This document shows positions 56,606 through 64,000 of a stretch of DNA of 64,000 nucleotides, in pieces (positions within the stretch are counted from its first letter, which is position 1; the number at the start of each line of letters is the position of its first letter). Both the position numbers and the translations under genes were made by a program. The stretch is from assembly GCA_965603825.1 (NCBI GenBank), contig CBFDEM010000015.1:558001-622000 (forward strand). The letters are read 5' to 3'. The notes beneath the pieces are model-generated. The model did no database searches. It had not been told where the DNA came from and worked only from the letters and a program-made list of their open reading frames with translations. This DNA is from Blepharisma stoltei ATCC 30299. Taxonomy: Eukaryota > Protista > Ciliophora.

Positions 56606-59600
56606 ATGGAAGAACTAAAGGAAAATATAACTGAGTATTTTATTTCCTTTATCCTCAGCAAAGTCCCTGAAGAAAGCGATTTCACAAAAGACCAAAGAAA
56701 ACAGTTCGCTAGAAAAATAATCCACGAGAAACCCTCACAAAAAATAATCCTTGACGCTCTTCTTAAGATGTACCCAATTGTAACAAATCATATCATACAA
56801 GAAAAAAGAAAACAAACTGCTGAAAACAGTCCAGATAGCAGCAATTATAAGCCAGACTCCGTATTTATCACCAAAGGAATGCCTCCTACCCAGTATGAAA
56901 GTTTTATCAATAACTACACACAAATTCAGCACCAAGTAAAAAATCTCGCAGAAATGCTCGACAAAGACGCACAAATAAATTCAATAATTTCTGACAAAGA
57001 AATCAAAGAAAAAATTGACGCTACAGTCGTCAAACGTTTTCAGAGCGAAAAACTTGTCGGACTTTTAACCGAAATGGGAGGCTACGAGCCAGAATTTTTC
57101 CTAGATATTCGCGATATAAGCCACGATACGTGGAATAAACATGTAGAAGTAGAAAGGCTGCTTAAAGAAGAAATGATGATCTATGAAAGAAAATATAATC
57201 AAATGGACTCGAAATATTTCTATAAGCTTATGTGAATGAAAGAAAGAGCAGGGCTGAAAATTCAAAAATTAGAAAAATATATCGAAAATACCTGAACGAA
57301 AAATAGAGAAGAAGTGGACAGGATAAAAATGACGCTCCAAGACGAGTATTCGATACAATACGAAAATTACATAAAAGAAGAAGCATTATTGGCAAATGCT
57401 GAAAAAGAAGAACCCATCACCGATTTCCCATCAGCTTTAAAGAAAATTAAGCAGTTGCTAGCTGCAAGGAAAATTTTGGAAAAAAAATTGGTGCAGGCTG
57501 ATAAAATTATTAAAGGACTAGATAATAAGATAAGGATTGTGATGGAAAAAAATCGAGATCTTAATGAGAAGTTCACCGGAATGAGGTTTAATAATGAAAA
57601 ATTAATTGAGTCATTTTTATGGCTCGTTGACAAGTCAAGACTATTAGACCTGCATAGAGAAAAATCTAGGGAATTAGTTGCCACTGCAAAATTTGAAAAA
57701 TTAGCATCAAAATTAACAAAAGGAAAATTCCCTGAAAGCACGACCCAAGAAATTATTTTAAAAAAATTTTATGACATAAAAGAATCTTTGACGATAGTCT
57801 CATTGACTACTACTGACGCTATGACAAAACAGAGGGTTGGAAAACTGCTAGGAGAATTAAATGTTGATGAAATTTTACAAGACTCTGAAAAGAAAAGCTA
57901 TGATGCCGCTATGGCCCAGCTGCAACTAATTCAGGCTGCAAACGAAAAGAAAAACAAAAAAATCACAAAGAAAAATACTATGAAAAAGAACGTTGAAAAC
58001 AAAACACCAAGAATCGACGCAAAAGAATCTAAAACAGATATTAAAGAATCAAAATCTGACTTAAAGCAGCCGCTTAAATTAGACTCTCCGTCTTCAAAAT
58101 CTGACATAAAGCCGCTAAAGACACCTAAATCCACCACTTCAGTAGCTTCTGAAATGAAAAATTCAAAAAGCAATAAATCTTCCCCAAAAATATCAGCGAA
58201 AAAAATAGAAACTGAAGAAGAAGGGTCAGAAAAAAGCTTAGACAGAGACGAAGATTCATTGTCCCTTGAATACTCCTCACTTGACCTCAAAAACGTGCTT
58301 GAAAATATAGACGAAGAAGCTAAAAATGAATCATTGGATTTTGATTATGCACAAATATTAAGCCAAATCGAAAATTATAATAGAAATGAGACTCCAGAGC
58401 AGGAAGAAATAAAGGAAGAAATAAAAGAAGTAGTAAACGAAGTAATTGTACCAGAAGTTATCAATGAAAAACCAATAGAAAACCAAGATTACGCTCAAGC
58501 CAAAAAAAATTATAAAGCAAGTTTCCACGGCATGAGCCACCGAAGCTCCCAAAGAGACAGTGAAGTAAACACAGACCCAATCGGCTCTGAGTTCTCAATA
58601 GACCAAATTCCTCAAGAAACCCTCCAAACCCAAATATCAGACAACAAAAATTTTACTCCTCGAGAGCTCGATAACAAGCCTTCAGAGTTCACCAATATTC
58701 TAAATTTCACTGACGGCCAAAACTGCTCAGAAGGAGCTATGGACGATCCTTCCTGCTCTTCCTGTTCTGAAGAAAGCGAAACTGAGGACTATACAAGTAC
58801 AGCTCCTGCCTCAATTGACACAAGATCCAGGATGCTAGAATCTTCCTCACAGCTCTTAGTACCCCAACAGCCCCCAAGGCTAAAAACTCCTGACGAAGTT
58901 AGAAGCTTCAAAGACATGCTTTTCAGCCTCCTCTTAAACAATGCAAAATTAGGCCAAAAATACACCTATTCTATCCCTTTACGAGAATTATTGCTTCTTG
59001 AAATAGATAATGGCGTTAAGGTACAAACTTTAATTGTAAGGCTTTTAAAGAGCTATTTTGAGAAAAGAGAGACAAGTTTTACACAAACTGACGTGGAGTC
59101 TCAGCTAAATGATTTTTCTAATGCCTATAGCAAAATTATAAAATCTCTGCTGAAAAAATCTAAGCCAGAAAAAGTTAAAACACAGAGAAATGAAGACTCT
59201 GCAGATTTTGATAAAGAATTCTGTGTGGAGAGCTTAAAGAAATATAAATCTATAAATAAAGAAGAAGGTTTTGATGAAGAATATTATAAGTGAGTTAAGG
59301 AGGCTACAAGTAAAACTACTGATGCAGCGAAAAACTATGAAATAGAGTATCAGATTGAAGCCCAAAAACAAGGACTTAAAACTATTGATAATGAATCAGG
59401 GAAAAAACTATGGGAAGGTGTCATTAAAAGAAGGCTCGAAAATGGCGAAAATGATGAAATTTCAATCTACTTAAGGGGACTACTAGGCACTGACATGTAT
59501 GAGCCTCAGAAAAATGCTGTTATCGGGATGTTTGAGTCTAAAAGCATATATGAGCTCGCCAACACCATCCAAAAATTCCCATTAAGAACAATAAAACATA

Positions 59601-60112
59601 AGCACCATTTAGTAATGAACAGATGAAAAACCTTCATGCATGCTTGGCTTAGAAACCATGCTGCCAGGCTTGGCTGGAATATGGATATTGGGCCTGACAA
59701 TCTTCTAGACATATGATACTCAATGGCGATTAATGTCAAGTATGTGTATATTGGCAAAAAAGACAGCTCAAAAAAGTTCCTTGAACCATTAAACAATAAG
59801 GTAAACGCTGATACTCAGCACCCTGGGTTTGATTTTTCCACAAAATGGGCTGTCCATTCTTTGTCTCCGATACCAAAGCTGCAGAACAGGCTAGTTGCGA
59901 CCCAAAAATCCAGAATCAAAGTATTAAGCAAAACTCCTCAGCCTGATAGCAAAATGAACAGAATTGTCAAGCGAAAATTCGCGCCATTTCAGCCGGGGGT
60001 TGATATGTCGCAACTTACACTGTCTCATGATAGAACTCCAGGAGATTTGGATACTTCTAAACTCAAGCAGAAAATATTTATAAGGAACCGTATAAAATTG
60101 CCTTATTTATAA
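56606..60112 (+). CDS. Large coiled-coil/low-complexity hypothetical protein (about 1168 aa)
   Basis: Three track ORFs and the gaps between them form a single frame through five TGAs. Confidence 0.8.
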
Positions 60113-60173
60113 TGATATATAAATTTTCATTTTTTAACGTTTTTTCTTATAAACTCCTCTGAATTAATAAAGC

Positions 60174-61580
60174 TTAATTTGTTTTCATTAGCGCTTCAAA
60201 TTCTTCTTGCCACCCACACAGATTTACTAGCTCCCTAATAATTTCATCACAATCCCCTACAAATGCAACGTCTCTTTTATCATTAGGGTCTTTAAATTTC
60301 AGCCCTTTCCAGACCTCAGAATCCCCGAGGTTTTTATTTATCACAACTCTAGGCACATTTTTACTCACCATTTCTGCTAAGCTTGCAAATGGGAAAACTA
60401 CCAGAGAAGTCCCAATTACAATCAGAAGATCTGCCTCTTCCATCATAAAAGCACAGGATTGAAATCTTGCGGGAAGTGGCTCTCCAAAAAATACTACATC
60501 AGGCTTGGCTGGTTTTCCGCATTTATCACAATAGGCTACAGTTGATTCTTTTATGTGGGTTTTAAGGTCGTTAATATCATATTCCTTTTTGCAGCCAATA
60601 CAGTGAGCACTGTCAAAATGGCCGTGGGCTTGTAAGAGTTTTAATGGGGAAAGTCCAGCATCTTTTTCAAGTCCGTCGATATTTTGTGTGTAGCACATCA
60701 TTAGCTGATTTTTGTCTTCTAGAAGCTTTAAGAAATAGTGGGTTGGAGTAGGTTTAAGGTTTTCAGGGATTAGGTCGCCAGATAGAGAATAAAAGAGTTC
60801 TGGCTGTTCTCGGAAGTACTGGATGTGGAAAACTGCTTCGGGGTAGGGCAAACCGAGTTTTTCAACTTTACTGTAAAAACCACCTGGGGAACGGAAATCA
60901 GGGATTCCTGCGTTTACACTGATGCCTGCCCCTGCCATAATAGCAATTTTTTTGAAAACACCTGCACGTAATTTTTCTGCGAATTCTTCAAGTGTTTTTC
61001 TGTTAAAATCTTTTGTGACTTCTGCAATTTTTAGCTCTTCTAAGCCTTTTTCAAGCTTTTCGACTTCATTTTTTGTTTCTTCTTGCTGCTTTTCTTCTTT
61101 TGATTCTTCTTGCTTCTTTTCTTCTTTTGCTTCTTCTTTTTTGGCCTCTTCATCTTCTTCTTCTTCTTCCTCTTCTTCTTTTACATTTTCTTGAATAGCT
61201 CCTGAGTGTGAGTAAAATTTTTTTGTCTGAAAAGCCTTTAAAATTTCTTTTAATTCTGGGCTTGAAATATAAGAATCACATTTATAACACCAAAAGGAAA
61301 GATCTGAAAAACTTAGAGAAATCCCATGAGAGGTTTCAATTGCATGCATAAGCATATGCTCTTGAACATAACGAGAACACTTTACTTGTCCACATTTCAA
61401 GCATACCCAGTTTTCGCCGACATTTGAGCAGTCTGCACAAGGTGATTTTATGGTGACTTCTGAATAGAATGATATGTCTCGGTTAAAATTTTCGTCAGTT
61501 AGATGTGGGCAGTCATACTTGGGGTGGACTGCGAAAAATCCACCTAAGTCTTTGTTTTTCTCAGCTTCGGTCAGGCTCAT
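60174..61580 (-). CDS. Class I sirtuin (SIRT2-like) with N-terminal ZnF-UBP domain
   Basis: CADC..NWVCLKCGQVKCSRYVQEHMLMH..DLSFWCYKCDSY finger, acidic linker, then GAGISVNAGIPDFRS, TQNIDGLE, AHG and GTSLVVFPFA. Confidence 0.95.
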   Translation of the reverse strand: MSLTEAEKNKDLGGFFAVHPKYDCPHLTDENFNRDISFYSEVTIKSPCADCSNVGENWVCLKCGQVKCSRYVQEHMLMHAIETSHGISLSFSDLSFWCYKCDSYISSPELKEILKAFQTKKFYSHSGAIQENVKEEEEEEEEDEEAKKEEAKEEKKQEESKEEKQQEETKNEVEKLEKGLEELKIAEVTKDFNRKTLEEFAEKLRAGVFKKIAIMAGAGISVNAGIPDFRSPGGFYSKVEKLGLPYPEAVFHIQYFREQPELFYSLSGDLIPENLKPTPTHYFLKLLEDKNQLMMCYTQNIDGLEKDAGLSPLKLLQAHGHFDSAHCIGCKKEYDINDLKTHIKESTVAYCDKCGKPAKPDVVFFGEPLPARFQSCAFMMEEADLLIVIGTSLVVFPFASLAEMVSKNVPRVVINKNLGDSEVWKGLKFKDPNDKRDVAFVGDCDEIIRELVNLCGWQEEFEALMKTN

Positions 61581-62298
61581 TTTATAATTATAAATATATA
61601 AAAATGGAGTTACATCTTTAATAAATCAGAGAATTTTTATGGCACTTTTTGATTTTTTATTACACTTTCGGCTAATAGGATAAAGCGATTATAAATATTT
61701 TAATAAAATTAAATTAATTCTCTCAGATATTCAATAGTCTAATAATGGTAGGAAGACAGAGGAATTTTAAATAATTTCAGATAAAGCATGGAATGAAACT
61801 GAATATGATTTTATATTATAATTTTTATAACAGATATTAGGACTTCAAAATAAGTATAAAAATATCAAGAGTAACTCTCCCACTAAGAGCTTTGGTGAAA
61901 AGAAGTTATAAATGTATCAAAACATCATTAAAACGCTCTTTTACCTATTTTCATCGAATGTGCAGTAAAATTCACCAATATGCTTGGAATATTTTAAGTT
62001 TGCAGCAATAATATCGGGAGAAATAAATGCTAGACAAAGAGTTCGTGGCATTTCATGTCCGATTAAACTCTAATCTAAAATAATAGTTTAAGGCCGGCAT
62101 CACAGCTAGAATAGCAAGATAATAACAATAATAAGCCAAAATTTTCAATAAAAAACACTATTTAGACCTACTGGAGTTTATTAATATACAAAAAAGCAGG
62201 TTTCCCAAGTCTAATTATCCAAATTTCAACCTAAACTTTAATAAGTGTCATATCAGCTACTTTATTAAAAATTCTAATTACATTAACTTAAACTAGAT

Positions 62299-64000
62299 AT
62301 GGAGGGAGATGCCACCAAAGCCACAGACCTTATCAGCTACAACAGCAAAGGAGGCGTAAACCCACAAACACAAATCCTAGACGAAGACGGCAAAGGTGAT
62401 AGTTTTCCTTCTCCTTTGCCCTTAATCAGCTACTATGAGCAGCGCAAAGTCCAAGATCCCAGCGCAGCCAAAACCGGGACTGGTCTGCCTATGTTAAACA
62501 ACTCTCCTGAGTTTATTCCTGACGTGGAGCCTTATGAAGCAGTTGCAGTCCCTCGGGAATCTATATTAGAAGACTGTATACGGCGAGAAACAGAGAGATT
62601 GGCTTATCAAGAAACTTTATTAAATAAGGTCGTATACGACTGTATAGACCCTAGCCCATTTAATCAAGACAAAGAGCCACCTGCCAACGGCGATTTAAAG
62701 CCTTTTTACTACCCAGTTGACCCTGCAGACACAACTTTAGTATTTGAGTCCCGATTTGAGTCTGGAAACCTGAGGCGAGCTATCCAAATCTACGAGTTTG
62801 AGTATGATTTAATATTAAAATCCGATTACAATACACGAGGAAACACCCAATGATATTATTTCTCAATTTCCAACACCAAAGCGAACCAAACCTACAGGTT
62901 TAATATCATCAATATGATGAAGCCAGATTCTCTTTATAATGCAGGCATGAAAACTTGTGTGTACTCGACTAAGGATGCAGAAAATTTTCATAAGGGCTGG
63001 AGAAGGGATGGGTTTGATATTTGCTATTATCAGAATAACATGAAAAAGAAAATAGGTGGGTATTACTATACACTGACGTTTGCTATTACTGTGACTAATG
63101 AAAAAGATACAGTCTATATTGCGCATTGTTATCCTTATACTTATTCAGACCTTAATAAATATCTTAATTTACTATTAGCTGACCCTAAAAAACGAAACAG
63201 AATAAGGAGAAAAACATTGTGTCAGACTGTGGCTGGAAATTCCTGTGACGTTTTGACTATTACTAGCTTTTTGACTGAGGCTGAGTCGTTTAGGGCTAGA
63301 AAAGGTATAGCGCTCTTTGCAAGAGTGCACCCTGGAGAAACAAACTCGTCCTGAATGATGAAAGGACTTATTGATTATTTAACAGGACCAACCCTAGATG
63401 CCAAAATTTTGCGGGATAATTTTATTTTTAAAATTATCCCTATGCTGAATCCTGATGGAGTTATTAATGGATCGTATAGATGTGGGCTGGCTGGGGTTGA
63501 TTTAAATAGATGCTGGGCTGAGCCGTCTAGAAAACTACACCCCACTATTTTTAACGCAAAAGCTATGCTAAAGCAATTTTGTAGTGAAGCAGAAGTTGTA
63601 CTGACCTGCGATTTCCATGGACATTCCAGGAAGAAAAACATCTTTATGTATGGCTGTGTAGGCAAAAATGGAAATAAAGAAAAAATCTTCCCAAAACTAA
63701 TGGAAAAAACCTCAGAAATTTTCAGCTTCAGCGACTGTGTGTTCGGGATGCAAAAAACCAAAGAATCCACAGCCAGAATAGTAATTTATAGAGAAATGGG
63801 GATTATCAATTCCTTTACCTTAGAATCTTCTTTTTGTGGGGCAAATTATGGGAAGCATGCAGATTTCCATTTTAACCCTGAACATCTTCAAGAAGTTGGG
63901 CATGATTTTTGTGACGCGATTTTGGATTTCTGTGACCCTGACCAAATTAAAGTGAGAATGGCTATAGAGGAACTTGATATTTTATTCCCAGGGACTGAAG
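62299..64000 (+). CDS. Cytosolic carboxypeptidase (CCP/AGBL, M14D tubulin deglutamylase family); runs off window end
   Basis: FESRFESGNL, TQ(TGA=W)YYF, YPYTYSDL, ARVHPGETNSS(TGA=W)MMKG, PMLNPDGV, DLNR and DFHGH motifs. Confidence 0.95.

Noticed and set aside
1566-63770. Numerous antisense or overlapping ORFs in the track (e.g. 1566-1853, 25742-26215, 31034-31462, 57367-57741, 63375-63770)
   Set aside because: They are shadows of well-supported genes on the opposite strand, with Ser/Phe/Leu-rich translations and no motifs.
1-64000. Telomere repeats, tRNA/rRNA genes, transposase or reverse-transcriptase ORFs
   Set aside because: None recognised by eye; a tRNAscan-SE, Infernal or HMMER run would be needed to exclude them formally.

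Overview
Gene-dense, AT-rich eukaryotic DNA with the signature of a heterotrich ciliate somatic (macronuclear) chromosome, most consistent with Blepharisma. TGA is read as Trp (more than 40 in-frame TGAs, several at invariant Trp positions such as CK2 DMWSLG, ankyrin TPLHWA, CCP TQWYYF and F-box VCKYW). TAA and TAG are the stops, and genes carry tiny 15-16 nt GT-AG introns (12 located). The supplied ORF track treats TGA as stop and ignores introns, so it fragments many genes and misses some (FHA protein, the catalytic part of the aromatic amino-acid hydroxylase, the F-box N-terminus). Re-read with this code, about 45 genes are resolved. They include kinases, CK2-alpha, kinesin, RPS14, MOB4, POC5-like, PDCD4-like, a ZnF-UBP sirtuin and a cytosolic carboxypeptidase. 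Most notable: (1) a five-member tandem array at 49.1-56.1 kb, founded by a putative catalytically dead otubain/OTU-fold protein, with domain-swapped chimeric Zn-finger paralogues in graded decay; (2) five intact zinc-free MDR reductases plus a remnant, alternating in two subtypes and sharing an upstream motif; (3) a 454-bp GC-richer insert bounded by perfect 18-bp direct repeats with a 3' hairpin and (TTA)n tail; (4) a reciprocally decayed duplication of the CCDC57-like/MOB4 junction; (5) an ACT-less aromatic amino-acid hydroxylase, a candidate for tryptophan-derived pheromone synthesis; (6) divergent genes with only 8 bp between their ATGs. All coordinates and family calls were made by eye, without database searches.
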